A stretch of DNA of 64,000 nt. Source: an uncultured Erysipelotrichaceae bacterium (GTDB lineage Bacteria > Bacillota_I > Bacilli_A > RF39 > UBA660). Positions 49,134 through 59,586 of the stretch are shown here, one piece after another. The notes under the pieces are model-generated. The model saw only the letters and a program-made list of their open reading frames with translations. It did not search any database and had not been told where the DNA came from. The DNA lies in the NCBI GenBank assembly GCA_902801525.1, contig CADCIN010000003.1:20096-84095 (forward strand). The letters are read 5' to 3'. How positions within the stretch are numbered: the stretch's first letter is position 1; each line of letters opens with the position of its first letter. Made by a program: the position numbers and the translations under genes.

Positions 49134-49979
49134 ATGAGTTTAGATGATGATCAAATAAATAAATTAATAGAAATAACTAAAGAAATAGAAAATATATATA
49201 ATAAAATTAAAAAAAAAAGAAATAATAATTATAATGATATTCAAAAGATAAAAGAATATATTTAAGAAGAAAACAGAATATATAAATTACTAAGTAAAGA
49301 AAAGACAAATAAATTATTAGTAAATATAGAAAATGATAAAAAAATAAATCAAAATATAAAAAATAGAATAAAAATAAATATAAATAATAATAATAAAAAT
49401 AATTATAAATTGAAAAATAACCCTTTTCAAAAAGAAACAGAAAACTATTACAAAATAATAAATATAATAAATAATGATATAAATAAAAACTTATATTTGC
49501 TAACAAAAAAAGAAATAGAAAATGAATCTAATATTAATATTAAAAATATGTTAAATAACTTTATCTATAATATTATTTTTTTAAACAAAGATATAGAAAA
49601 GAAACTATTGTATAATCAAGAAATAAAAGCAAATGGTCTAGAAATATTAGAACTATCAAATAATGAAAATAGTAAAATTAGAAGTATTTATTATACATAT
49701 ATTTATAAAGAAGTAAGTGAAACAATAAATAAGTTATTAAGTAATAATGATTATAAAGAATATAAAAATGATAAAGAAAAACTATTATATTTAGAAAGTT
49801 GTATAATAACTTTAAATGGGGATATAAGATCAAAACTAATAAAAGAAATAAAAGAAAGTATCTTACCTGATAAAGAATTAATTATGTATTTATCTAGTTA
49901 TAAAAGTCTAAATTATGAAAAAATAAATAAAATACTAGATAAATATAGTGATAAAGAAAAAATACTATCAAAACGATAG
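49134..49979 (+). pseudogene. K/N/I-rich hypothetical gene interrupted by one in-frame TAA
   Basis: GAGGA RBS plus ATG at 49134. TAA at 49263-49265. I checked codon by codon that the same frame then stays open through 49410 to 49979. Confidence 0.45.
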
Positions 49980-49984
49980 TATTT

Positions 49985-51979
49985 TTATAATACCTCATCA
50001 TCATTTGAAGTATTAATATTATTAGAAGAATACTCTTTAAATATAGTATCTAATTTTTCTTTAATTTGTTCTTTACTAAATGGTTTAGCAATATAATCTA
50101 CAAACCCTTCAGAAATATATTTTTCTTTTGCTCCTGCAACAGCATCAGCAGTTAATGCAATTACTGGAGTTCTAAAACCAGATATCTGTTTTAAATTATT
50201 TAATGCTGACTCCCCTGACATGACAGGCATCATAATATCCATTAATATAACATCATAGTTATTACCTGATTTAACCATATCTATAGCTTCTTTTCCATTT
50301 TCACATGTATCTATATCTAAATTAAGAGGCTCAAGAGCACGCATTGCAACTTTTATATTAAGCTTATTATCATCTACCAATAATAATCTTCTGCCAGAAT
50401 TATTAGTAGATAAGTTATTAACAAAATTAGTAGTATTAATATTATTATTGTTATTATTATTAATATTAGTTAAATTATTATTAGAATTATCATTTTCTAT
50501 AATTAAATCATCAGTTATTTTAGGAAGATTAGAAGTACCTTGATGAACAACAATTGTTTCAACGTTAGTACTACTTAATTTGCTTATTTTTTGAGGAATT
50601 TGAACCATAAACATAGAACCAATTCCAAATTGAGACTGAACATTTATTTTACCACCCATCATCTCAACTAAACTTTTAGTAATTGCAAGACCAAGTCCAG
50701 TACCTTCAACAGTAGTATTTCTTTCTATATCTAATCTTTCAAATTTAGTAAATAATTTTTTAATATTTTCTTCTGAAATACCTCTACCAGTATCTTGAAC
50801 ACAAATAATTAAATTACAAATATCATCTTGATTAATACACTTACAAGAAAGTTTAATCTCACCCTTTTCAGTATATTTAATTGCATTAGTTAATAAATTA
50901 TTAACTACTTCTTTCATTTTACCTTTATCACCAATTAATTCATCAGGAATATCTTCTGCAATTTCCATTTTAAAATCAATTGGTTTATCACCTATTCTTG
51001 TTGAATCTATATGAGCAAGACTAGATACCTCTGACTTAAAATCATAATTAGTATCAATAATTTCCATTTTATTAGTTTCAATTTTAGAAATATCTAAAAT
51101 ATTTCCAACTATTTCAAGTAAAGTATGAGAAGCTTCCATAATATATCCAGCATCTTCTACAATAATTGGATCTGCTTTATCTTTATTATCTTGAATATCC
51201 TCAGAAAAACCTACAATAGCATTAAGAGGTGTTCTTATTTCATGTGACATACTTGATAAAAAATCAGATTTAGCACGATTTGCTTTTTCAGCTTGAGTTT
51301 TAGCAAAAGTCATCTCATTAAGCATTTTCATGTCAGGATTTTCAATAGTAAAATACATCATACAACAAAGAAAAGTTTCAACACAATCAGAAATAACAAA
51401 CTCAGGATGTTTTATTTGAACAATCATTGAAATAAAGCCAAAAAACATATAGAAGAAAAGAGGCATAACTTTCTTAGTTTCAATCTTTGATTTTTTTATA
51501 AATAACATAAAAAATAAAATAGAAGATGTTACAGATGTAACTAAATAAGTAAAATTTACAGCCAATCCCTTCGAATAATAAATATTACTACCAACATCAA
51601 CAACAGAATTTATTGGTAAAAAAACAAGTATAATTATTTCAATAAAACATTTAATATAAGTAAAAAGATATATTTTCTTTTTATTTGAAATTAAAATTAA
51701 TAGAAAATAACACAATAAAGCATTAATAAATAAAATAAATAATACTAAAAATATTTTTAAAACAACAAAAATAAATATTTGATTAAACAAATAATTATAT
51801 TTTGATACAATATCACATGAAATATGTGAAAGCAATCCCATTAAATTAACAATTAATAAAAATTTATACACTTTATTTTCTTCATTATCTAACCTATCAG
51901 CAGAGAAATATAAATAGCACAAAGAAATCATATAAATGATACTAGCATAAACTAATAAAGAAATATTTTCAATAAACAT
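49985..51979 (-). CDS. hybrid sensor histidine kinase / response regulator
   Basis: Multi-TM sensor, H-box SHEIRTPLN, HATPase (GTGLGL), a poly-Asn linker and a REC domain (LLVDDN...LMDIMMP). I moved the start to MFIENISL, which follows GGGTGA. Confidence 0.85.
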   Translation of the reverse strand: MFIENISLLVYASIIYMISLCYLYFSADRLDNEENKVYKFLLIVNLMGLLSHISCDIVSKYNYLFNQIFIFVVLKIFLVLFILFINALLCYFLLILISNKKKIYLFTYIKCFIEIIILVFLPINSVVDVGSNIYYSKGLAVNFTYLVTSVTSSILFFMLFIKKSKIETKKVMPLFFYMFFGFISMIVQIKHPEFVISDCVETFLCCMMYFTIENPDMKMLNEMTFAKTQAEKANRAKSDFLSSMSHEIRTPLNAIVGFSEDIQDNKDKADPIIVEDAGYIMEASHTLLEIVGNILDISKIETNKMEIIDTNYDFKSEVSSLAHIDSTRIGDKPIDFKMEIAEDIPDELIGDKGKMKEVVNNLLTNAIKYTEKGEIKLSCKCINQDDICNLIICVQDTGRGISEENIKKLFTKFERLDIERNTTVEGTGLGLAITKSLVEMMGGKINVQSQFGIGSMFMVQIPQKISKLSSTNVETIVVHQGTSNLPKITDDLIIENDNSNNNLTNINNNNNNNINTTNFVNNLSTNNSGRRLLLVDDNKLNIKVAMRALEPLNLDIDTCENGKEAIDMVKSGNNYDVILMDIMMPVMSGESALNNLKQISGFRTPVIALTADAVAGAKEKYISEGFVDYIAKPFSKEQIKEKLDTIFKEYSSNNINTSNDDEVL

Positions 51980-52043
51980 CTTAATCACCCTATTATTATT
52001 ATAACACAATAAAAAAAATATCACAAAAAAGTGACATAAAAAA

Positions 52044-53903
52044 TTATTTATTATAAGTATTTTTTTTGTTGAAATCAAACGAAATAAATCCTTCAATTTC
52101 TTCTTTCATTAATTTAGTATCTCTTTTTCCAGATTTAGCATACGGAAATTCTTCTCTAATTTTAAATATTTTAGGCACATAGTCTGAATCATTAAACCTA
52201 TTCATTATACTATTTTGAATATGATTAAGTTTAATATCTAACAATTCTGGATTATCCTTAAGTTTATCAGAAAATTCATCTGTAAAAATCAAATGACAAA
52301 CCAATTTATCACCATTACCATTTGTCGATAAAACATCAGTATTTTTTATATCATCGTCAGACATAATTTGATTTTCAACATCAAAATTATAAATTTTATT
52401 ACTGTTAATAATAGTAAAATCACTTTTTCGACCTTGAACAAATAAATTTCCTTCATTATCAATATATCCAATATCACCTGTACAATTCCATTTAACGCCA
52501 AATTCATCAGTATAAAAATATTCATTTGAAGCTTCAGGATTATTATAATATTCAACCATACCAGATTTTGTATTAACTAAGATTTCTCCTCTTTTTCCAT
52601 AAGTAAGCTCATTTTTTTCATCATCAAATATTCCACAAATAACTCCTGGAATAGGAATACCTACAGATCCATCTGATCTATAAAAGTCATCAGTCTGAGT
52701 AGCAATACCAGCCCCACACTCACATTGCCCATATCCAATCTTTAACGCACTTTTTGTACCATGTTGTTTGAAAACGTCTTCTATACCTTCCTTAGTTTCT
52801 TTTTTTAAAGGTTCTCCGCCTTGAAAAGGATTAGTAAAATTAGATAAATCACCATTTTTAATTAAATTTTTATCTAAAAATCCTTCATACATACTTGTAG
52901 GTGCAACAGTAGCATTTATTTTATTTTTAACAATATTTTTTACAAAAACATCTCTGTCAAACCTTGGATCCATAAATACAATTGCACCATTTGCAAGAGG
53001 AAGATGTATAGAAGTACTAGATCCTGTTGAAAACCAAGGTGGAATAATTTGATAAAACTTTTGTCCACCATTCAAATTAATTCCACATGATTCATATGAA
53101 TGAATAGAATTTTGAAAACTATCATTTGATAAAACTATTGCTTTCGAAGCACCTGTAGAACCAGATGAATATACGAGTGCTAAAGGAGTATTAGGATTAT
53201 AATTAACCTCAGGAATATAATTAATATTTTTACCTTCTTTAACAAAATTTTTTAATGAATAAACTGAATCTTCATTAATTTCAGGTGAAGGTTTAAGAAA
53301 TCTCAAAATACTAGAATTTAGCGTAGGTAAAATAACTGTTTTCTTAATAGTTGAATCTTTTATAGCAGGCTTAATAATATCATAGAAAGAATCCATAACC
53401 AACAATAGTTCTGAATTACAATTTTTAATTCTATCTCTCATTTGATCTTTATCAAAAAATGGAGACATAAAATTAGCAACAGCCCCTATTTTTGCTAAAG
53501 CATAAAAAGAATAAATAACTTCAGGTATACCTGCACAACAAATTGTAACAAAATCGCCCTCTTTTACATTATTTGCTAGAAAAGATTTTGCATATTCATC
53601 AATTTTGTTAAATAATTTTTTATATTTGATTTTTGCACCAAAAAATTCAATAGCAACATTGTTTAAATTGTTTTTATTATTATCTCTAATTTCTTGATAA
53701 ACAGTTTTTTTCTCTCTAATTCTATTTTGACTTTCTAAGTCAACATATTTTAACCATGGTTTATCAATACTAGGATAACCAGTATGAGGTCCTTGAATAT
53801 TACCTAAAGCAAAATTTCTTAAATAAATATCCCTAAGTTTTTTTTCATTCATACTTAAACTAGATATTTTATTTTTATAACTTTTTAAATCATCATTTCT
53901 CAT
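52044..53903 (-). CDS. AMP-binding (acyl/aryl-CoA ligase family) enzyme
   Basis: YSSGSTGASKAI AMP-binding motif, GYGQCE and TGDIGYID motifs. Confidence 0.8.
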   Translation of the reverse strand: MRNDDLKSYKNKISSLSMNEKKLRDIYLRNFALGNIQGPHTGYPSIDKPWLKYVDLESQNRIREKKTVYQEIRDNNKNNLNNVAIEFFGAKIKYKKLFNKIDEYAKSFLANNVKEGDFVTICCAGIPEVIYSFYALAKIGAVANFMSPFFDKDQMRDRIKNCNSELLLVMDSFYDIIKPAIKDSTIKKTVILPTLNSSILRFLKPSPEINEDSVYSLKNFVKEGKNINYIPEVNYNPNTPLALVYSSGSTGASKAIVLSNDSFQNSIHSYESCGINLNGGQKFYQIIPPWFSTGSSTSIHLPLANGAIVFMDPRFDRDVFVKNIVKNKINATVAPTSMYEGFLDKNLIKNGDLSNFTNPFQGGEPLKKETKEGIEDVFKQHGTKSALKIGYGQCECGAGIATQTDDFYRSDGSVGIPIPGVICGIFDDEKNELTYGKRGEILVNTKSGMVEYYNNPEASNEYFYTDEFGVKWNCTGDIGYIDNEGNLFVQGRKSDFTIINSNKIYNFDVENQIMSDDDIKNTDVLSTNGNGDKLVCHLIFTDEFSDKLKDNPELLDIKLNHIQNSIMNRFNDSDYVPKIFKIREEFPYAKSGKRDTKLMKEEIEGFISFDFNKKNTYNK

Positions 53904-53993
53904 ATTAAATGCCTCACAATAAACTAATCTATATTTAGAATAACACAAATAACATAATAAATCAAAAAATAATTAAAAATTATTTATTTAAAT

Positions 53994-54023
53994 GTAAACA
54001 AAAAACTATCAATTAGATAGTTT
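53994..54023 (-). terminator. terminator closing the SipW/TasA-like operon
   Basis: AAACTATC-aatta-GATAGTTT stem followed, on the minus strand, by TTTTTGTTT. Confidence 0.5.
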
Positions 54024-54625
54024 TATAATATTTCAATATCATCATCTACTTTTTTACTCTTCTTTTTTCTAATAGGAGAAACTTTAAAACTCTTTGAATC
54101 TCCAACCATAACAATAGTAGTATTATCAATACTATCAAATAAATTAGAATACTTATTTTCTTGATTATTATATTCAAAAGCTAAATCTTGTAAAATAACT
54201 GAATTAGAATTATCATTAACCTTTAAAACATAAATATAAACTTCTTTATCATCAAACAAGATAAAATTACAACATTCATTTTCTAAATAGTAAGAAATAG
54301 GTTTTCTAACTTCCATTTGAGCATTAACTAAATCATTAAAACTATTTAAAACAATAGGAGTTCTATTACCCAAATTAATATGATTGTCACTCTTAACTAA
54401 TATAGAATCATAAGTATTTAATATTCGTTTAAGTTTTCTATTAAAAATACCTATATCAGAAGAATCTCTTCTTAAAAAAATAATAATAAATAATATAAAG
54501 AATAAAACTGCTAAACTATATAAAATAATTGAGTAAAATTTATATAGACTATTTAGTAAAAGTACTGCTAATAAAGTACAAAGAATCATAAAAAACAAAT
54601 ATATAAATTTTCTCATATTCTTCAC
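54023..54625 (-). CDS. membrane protein, last gene of the fibre operon
   Basis: Two N-terminal TM helices plus a ~140-aa soluble domain. Its start abuts the sipW stop. Confidence 0.5.
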   Translation of the reverse strand: MKNMRKFIYLFFMILCTLLAVLLLNSLYKFYSIILYSLAVLFFILFIIIFLRRDSSDIGIFNRKLKRILNTYDSILVKSDNHINLGNRTPIVLNSFNDLVNAQMEVRKPISYYLENECCNFILFDDKEVYIYVLKVNDNSNSVILQDLAFEYNNQENKYSNLFDSIDNTTIVMVGDSKSFKVSPIRKKKSKKVDDDIEIL

Positions 54626-55759
54626 CTAACCAATCATTTGATCTAATTTAATACTTGGAATAGCTACTGAAGGAATAATAAAAAGTACACGTCCTTCAAT
54701 ATCCTTTAATTCCAAATCTAAATTATCTCCGCTAATATTTGAATCCCCTTTAGTATGATAAATAATATGTCCATTTTTATTAGTAATAGACACTACTCTA
54801 TGTACTATAGAATTATTATCATCATCTTTAAATAATATTATATCATTAATTTTTAATTTTGAGGAGTTATTAATTCTAGAAATAAATGCACAGTCACCTA
54901 CTTTTATACTAGGTTCCATTGATTTAGAAGCAATTCCTACTAAATAAAAACTACCAATTCCACTAACTAAATAAATAAATAATATAGTAATAAAAATAAC
55001 AGGTAAATCTTTAATACTTATAATATTATTATTAAAATTATGTTCATTCCCGTAGTAATATAAATTCATATTTCGACTAATAATTTTATATATAATAAAT
55101 AGAATAAATATACTTAAAAATACTATTATATATCTAGAAACATTACTAATTAAAGGAATAAAAAATAAATAAGTATAAATAAACACTTTATAAGTAATTG
55201 GAACATAATATCCTAAATAAAAATTAGTATAAGTAAATACAATAGAAAAAATTAAAAGTGGTACAAAATTAAATGAAAAAGTAAGTAATAAATCTATAAA
55301 ATCTAAATTAGAACTAAACTTATTAAGTAATATAAATTCAAAAATACATAGTATAAAAGTAAATAATATATTTCTAACTATCCTATCTTTATTCGCACTT
55401 ATAAATAAATATCTAATAAATTCAATATTAAAAACAGATGTTAAAACTAATAAACCATTTAAATAAAAATTATTTGTTAACAAATTATTATTATGAACAA
55501 AACCATTTTTAAAACCACTTAAATATATAATAAGTATAAAAAAAAATGAAATTATCAAAGTAGTAATAACTACCCTTCTTTTAACAGGATTTAACTTATT
55601 ATTTCGATATCCAAAAAATATATAAGAAATGAATATCATAAAAATAGTAAAAGTAAAATCACTAATTATTTTATAAGATATATTTCTAAAAAAGAAAAAA
55701 GATAATAAAGTATATAAAAATAATAATAATATAATTAAATAACTTTTATATTTTCTCAT
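54626..55759 (-). CDS. SipW-type (S26B, ER/archaeal-type) signal peptidase I fused to a large polytopic N-terminal membrane domain
   Basis: C-terminal GIASKSMEPSIKVGD ... IVHRVV catalytic Ser/His motifs, preceded by about 270 aa with about 9-10 hydrophobic helices. Confidence 0.8.
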   Translation of the reverse strand: MRKYKSYLIILLLFLYTLLSFFFFRNISYKIISDFTFTIFMIFISYIFFGYRNNKLNPVKRRVVITTLIISFFFILIIYLSGFKNGFVHNNNLLTNNFYLNGLLVLTSVFNIEFIRYLFISANKDRIVRNILFTFILCIFEFILLNKFSSNLDFIDLLLTFSFNFVPLLIFSIVFTYTNFYLGYYVPITYKVFIYTYLFFIPLISNVSRYIIVFLSIFILFIIYKIISRNMNLYYYGNEHNFNNNIISIKDLPVIFITILFIYLVSGIGSFYLVGIASKSMEPSIKVGDCAFISRINNSSKLKINDIILFKDDDNNSIVHRVVSITNKNGHIIYHTKGDSNISGDNLDLELKDIEGRVLFIIPSVAIPSIKLDQMIG

Positions 55760-55879
55760 ATACTTCACCTCTTTATTATAATATTTTATCATTATAAAAG
55801 ATCAGTATAAATATTTAATAGATAAAAATAATTACTTGACACTTTATTTACAAAAAAAATATAGATTTTCATCTATATT

Positions 55880-57598
55880 TTAACTATTATAAACAATATA
55901 TGGATTATTTTGAGTTCCATCTCCACCACTTATTTTAACGTTTTTTGATAAGTTAACAACTGGTCTAGCATAATATTCATTGGTAATAATATTAGCACTA
56001 ATAATACCATTTGAAGTAACATTACCAGCTTTACCTATCATATCATTTGATTGATAAAAATAAGGTGACATAGTCCAGTAAGTACTACCAATATTTAAAT
56101 AAAAATTTGTATTAACACTTCCATTAATTCCACCAGCAAAACTAGTTTCATCAGCATTGATAGTAGCAACAGGATAAGTAAGTTTTCCATTTGAAACTGT
56201 ATATCTACTATTGCTGTTACATTTTAATGTACTAGTTATAGTAGAATTACTAGAATGCAGTCTTCTATAAGGGCCAAAAAATAAATCAGTAAATGTAGAA
56301 AAACTACTACTATCTTCAATATTTAAATCACTACAGAAAGTAGAATCAGTTAAATAATCAGAATATAAAACACCATTAGAGTCACTCTTACCAAGAATAT
56401 TACTTGAATACCAATTATCAATCTTAGTCTTTAAACTTGAAGAAGTACCAGTTTTAAATAATGAATCATAGTCTTTTGTTCCATAAGTAATACGACTTAT
56501 AATAGCAGATGAATTAGAAGAAGTTTTACCAATAACTTTTGCAATCCAATTACATGAATCACTGCTTTGATCTTGAAAACATACATAAGGATAACTAGCA
56601 ATTGCAGTATCTTTAACATCACTCCATTTACCAGTTATAACATCTCCAGATAAACTAAATAAACCAGTATTCTCATCAAACCTATAACTAGATCCAAAAT
56701 TATAAACCTGATTTTCATAAATTTTAGTAAAAGTAGAACTATCATCTTGCTTTTTAACTTCAAAATTAGGTTGATAATTATAACTTTCAAATATAGGATC
56801 ATAATTATAAGGATTAAATTTAGTACTACCAATTGTTACATTCTTACCAGTATCACTTGTACTAGTACCAGAATAAATTAATCTAACAGATCCGTCACCA
56901 TTTTCTCTGACTATTCTCCAAATAAATCCAGCATAAGATACATAGTTATTTAATACATTTCCTCTATAAAAATAGCTTGTTCCATCATCATCAGAAGTAC
57001 TATATAAACCAACTTGTGAATCCAAAGAATCAACAGTATTATATGAATATCTAGTAGCATTAGTAATTTTATAAGTAGTAGAGCCATCATCTTCATTAAT
57101 GATTTTATAAGAATTAACTTTATAAATATTAGCACATGTCTTATAACTACCAGTAGTACCACCACAAGTATAATAGCCAATATAATTATCATTTAACGGT
57201 TTATTTGTATAATTAACTAAAGTATACATACCAGAAACTTCATCAAATGTATAACTTTGTCCCAAAGTAAAATGTGCTTTAGTAATTAACGTAGCAACAT
57301 CTTTTTCAGTAACACTATTAGTAATAATTTTATATTTCAAAGTAGGAGCTGAATGATTAACATCAGCACTATCTTTATTACTGATATAACTTTTTGCACT
57401 ACTAACACTATCAGAAAAATTTTCCATAACAAGCATACAATCACTTAATTTAGTAAAACCATTATTAATACAGTAATTATTTTCTGGAACAGTAATAGAT
57501 GAAGATTTAGTATCTTTAATTTGAAATCTAGAATAAACATACCCTGTAGAAGATATTACTAAAATAAAAGTAATTATAAATATAATTTTCTTTTTCAT
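55880..57598 (-). CDS. large secreted protein with SipW-cognate-like signal (candidate fibre tip/adhesin)
   Basis: AGGGGGA RBS. Signal-anchor MKKKIIFIITFILVISSTGYVYSRF. C-terminal ...YYARPVVNLSKNVKISGGDGTQNNPY. Confidence 0.6.
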   Translation of the reverse strand: MKKKIIFIITFILVISSTGYVYSRFQIKDTKSSSITVPENNYCINNGFTKLSDCMLVMENFSDSVSSAKSYISNKDSADVNHSAPTLKYKIITNSVTEKDVATLITKAHFTLGQSYTFDEVSGMYTLVNYTNKPLNDNYIGYYTCGGTTGSYKTCANIYKVNSYKIINEDDGSTTYKITNATRYSYNTVDSLDSQVGLYSTSDDDGTSYFYRGNVLNNYVSYAGFIWRIVRENGDGSVRLIYSGTSTSDTGKNVTIGSTKFNPYNYDPIFESYNYQPNFEVKKQDDSSTFTKIYENQVYNFGSSYRFDENTGLFSLSGDVITGKWSDVKDTAIASYPYVCFQDQSSDSCNWIAKVIGKTSSNSSAIISRITYGTKDYDSLFKTGTSSSLKTKIDNWYSSNILGKSDSNGVLYSDYLTDSTFCSDLNIEDSSSFSTFTDLFFGPYRRLHSSNSTITSTLKCNSNSRYTVSNGKLTYPVATINADETSFAGGINGSVNTNFYLNIGSTYWTMSPYFYQSNDMIGKAGNVTSNGIISANIITNEYYARPVVNLSKNVKISGGDGTQNNPYIVYNS

Positions 57599-57608
57599 AT
57601 ATATCCCC

Positions 57609-58124
57609 CTAACTATTTTCTTTTTGAACTGCATCTAAATCAACATTAAAGTCAACTTTTTCTTTTAATCCACTAGTATTCTTAACAAAAACTTTAAACT
57701 GTGTTTCATATTTCTTATCATGTTTAAAAGAATAAACAGGTGTAGTTAATGATGAAACATACTCATCACTAGAACTGCTCTTATTACCATCACTATCTAT
57801 ATAATAATAAACTCCATTAGATCCATTCTTATTAGAAATAGTAAGCTTATAATCAACATCCACTCCACTAATAATATCACCATCATAATTAGTCACAGTT
57901 ACTAAAAAATAAGCTTTATTATTTTCTATATAACTAGATTTACTATCTATATTTATTAAACATTTCATATTTCCAGATACTGAATTGATATTAATATTTT
58001 TATTAGAAACATATCTAGAAAAAGATACTCTAATAAAAAATGCAGTAATTAATACTATAAATAATGATGATATTTTAACAATATTTCTTTTATTATTAAA
58101 TATTTTAATATTTCTTCCTTTCAT
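57609..58124 (-). CDS. secreted protein with SipW-cognate-like signal (minor fibre subunit candidate)
   Basis: TM segment followed by VSFSRYVS, in about 170 aa. Confidence 0.5.
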   Translation of the reverse strand: MKGRNIKIFNNKRNIVKISSLFIVLITAFFIRVSFSRYVSNKNININSVSGNMKCLINIDSKSSYIENNKAYFLVTVTNYDGDIISGVDVDYKLTISNKNGSNGVYYYIDSDGNKSSSSDEYVSSLTTPVYSFKHDKKYETQFKVFVKNTSGLKEKVDFNVDLDAVQKENS

Positions 58125-58129
58125 AGATA

Positions 58130-58678
58130 TCACCCACTAACCTTTTGTTTAGCATCAATAATAAAGTTAGCATTTAAATCAGCATCAGACCAGATACCAG
58201 TTTCATCTTCAGTAGTATAAGTCCATTTCCAATAAATATTTTTATTAAGTATTTGCTCACCATCATAATTAATCTCGCCATCAAAACCATCAAACAAAGT
58301 AGTATAAGACGAATCAGTATAAAATTTTAAATTACTAGGTAAATTACTATTATTTAACTTAATTGAATAAACAATAGATACTTTAGAACCATTACAATCA
58401 ATATTAATAGGAATAACTCCATAACTACCAGGTACAACTTTATTAGTATTATATAAATTATTCTTATCAAGAGTATCATCTAAAGAAATAGTTAAATTAC
58501 TGTTATCTGAGCCATTTACTTTAAAATTCCAAGTAGCAACTTTAACATTATAATTACTATCAGACCTATTTAAATATCTTGCATTAGTAGTAACAATAGA
58601 AGTCGTAACAAGTAATATAAAAGTTAATAAAAACAAAGATGTAATAAATAAATTTATTAATTTAGTATTTTTAATCAT
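58130..58678 (-). CDS. TasA/camelysin-like secreted protein
   Basis: The signal ends in ...TTNARY. KVATWNFKVNGSD and VVPGSYGVIPINIDCNGSKVSIVYSI are paralogous to ORF 59587-60162. Confidence 0.55.
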   Translation of the reverse strand: MIKNTKLINLFITSLFLLTFILLVTTSIVTTNARYLNRSDSNYNVKVATWNFKVNGSDNSNLTISLDDTLDKNNLYNTNKVVPGSYGVIPINIDCNGSKVSIVYSIKLNNSNLPSNLKFYTDSSYTTLFDGFDGEINYDGEQILNKNIYWKWTYTTEDETGIWSDADLNANFIIDAKQKVSG

Positions 58679-58701
58679 AATTACCAGACTCCTTCCTATT
58701 A

Positions 58702-59505
58702 TTAATTACTTTCTGCATTTATTAATACATTTAATGTATAACTAGAATCAGCTGCTCCTATTTCAGAATCATTATTCCCATCAAACCATTTCCAATCAAG
58801 GATATATTTATCTTTTTCTTTGCTATTTAAATTAGTAATTTGAATATTTAACATATCATAACTAACCCAATTACTAGAACTACCAACTAAATATTTATCA
58901 TTTTTCTTTAATCTATATTTCATATTAATCATATGTTCATTAATTTCATTAAAAGTTAATTTATAATTAATTGAATACTTAGTTTTATTATTAATATAGA
59001 AAACATATGAATTGCTAGATAATGGAGCAATAACTTCATCATTATCATATAAAGGATTCTCAAATATTCTTAATCTATTAGTTGATTGCCAAATCAAATT
59101 TTTATCGCTAACTTCTAAATTTCCATATACATATTTATCATTTGTAGTAGTATCTGTAGGATTATTAATACCTGTAGAATTATCAGTATTATTATTATTA
59201 TTAGTTTGATTAAGTCTCATTAATACTAGTCACAACAATATCATTATTACTATTACAATCACTACATTTTCCACCTGATACTATATTAAAAATATCATAT
59301 TTCTTATTTTTTTATTATCTAAATTATCAGTATTGGGAATATTACCTATTAATCCACAAAAACCATATTCTTTATTAATAATAATAAATTTAAATAAAAG
59401 TAATAATAAAAGTATAATAATAACAATAAGTATTCTAATATATCTTTTATGTTTCTTTAGCAATTCTTTATCTTTAGAAATTATTTCTAAACTATTATCA
59501 TCCAT
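58702..59505 (-). pseudogene. TasA-like subunit gene apparently split by two compensating frameshifts
   Basis: ORF 59281-59505 has AGGAGGGA plus a TM anchor. ORF 58702-59220 has the beta-rich domain but neither RBS nor signal. The two are in the same frame, and a 33-codon open bridge lies in another frame starting at a T7 run (59307-59313). Confidence 0.45.
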
Positions 59506-59586
59506 AGTATCCCTCCTATATTTTTATTCCCATCTAAATATATTAGATAAGTAATATACTTAGATGGAAGCAAAAACTTCCAAATA

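Noticed and set aside
49207-49506. 99-aa minus-strand ORF (FLY-rich)
   Set aside because: It is the complement of an extremely A-rich plus-strand coding region. The translation is pure low complexity and there is no RBS.
50400-50490. AAT-rich simple repeat in the histidine kinase gene
   Set aside because: It encodes a poly-Asn linker between the HATPase and REC domains. It is low complexity typical of AT-rich genomes, not a discrete element.
52346-52555. 69-aa minus-strand ORF overlapping the AMP-binding gene in another frame
   Set aside because: It is an out-of-frame overlap with a well-supported CDS.
56635-57192. Two minus-strand ORFs (56635-56832, 56950-57192) inside the 572-aa secreted protein gene
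   Set aside because: They are alternative-frame ORFs with hydrophobic low-complexity translations, and the main frame is continuous and has an RBS.
59012-59554. Plus-strand ORFs 59012-59209 and 59333-59554
   Set aside because: They are antisense to the TasA-like split gene. They are shadow ORFs.
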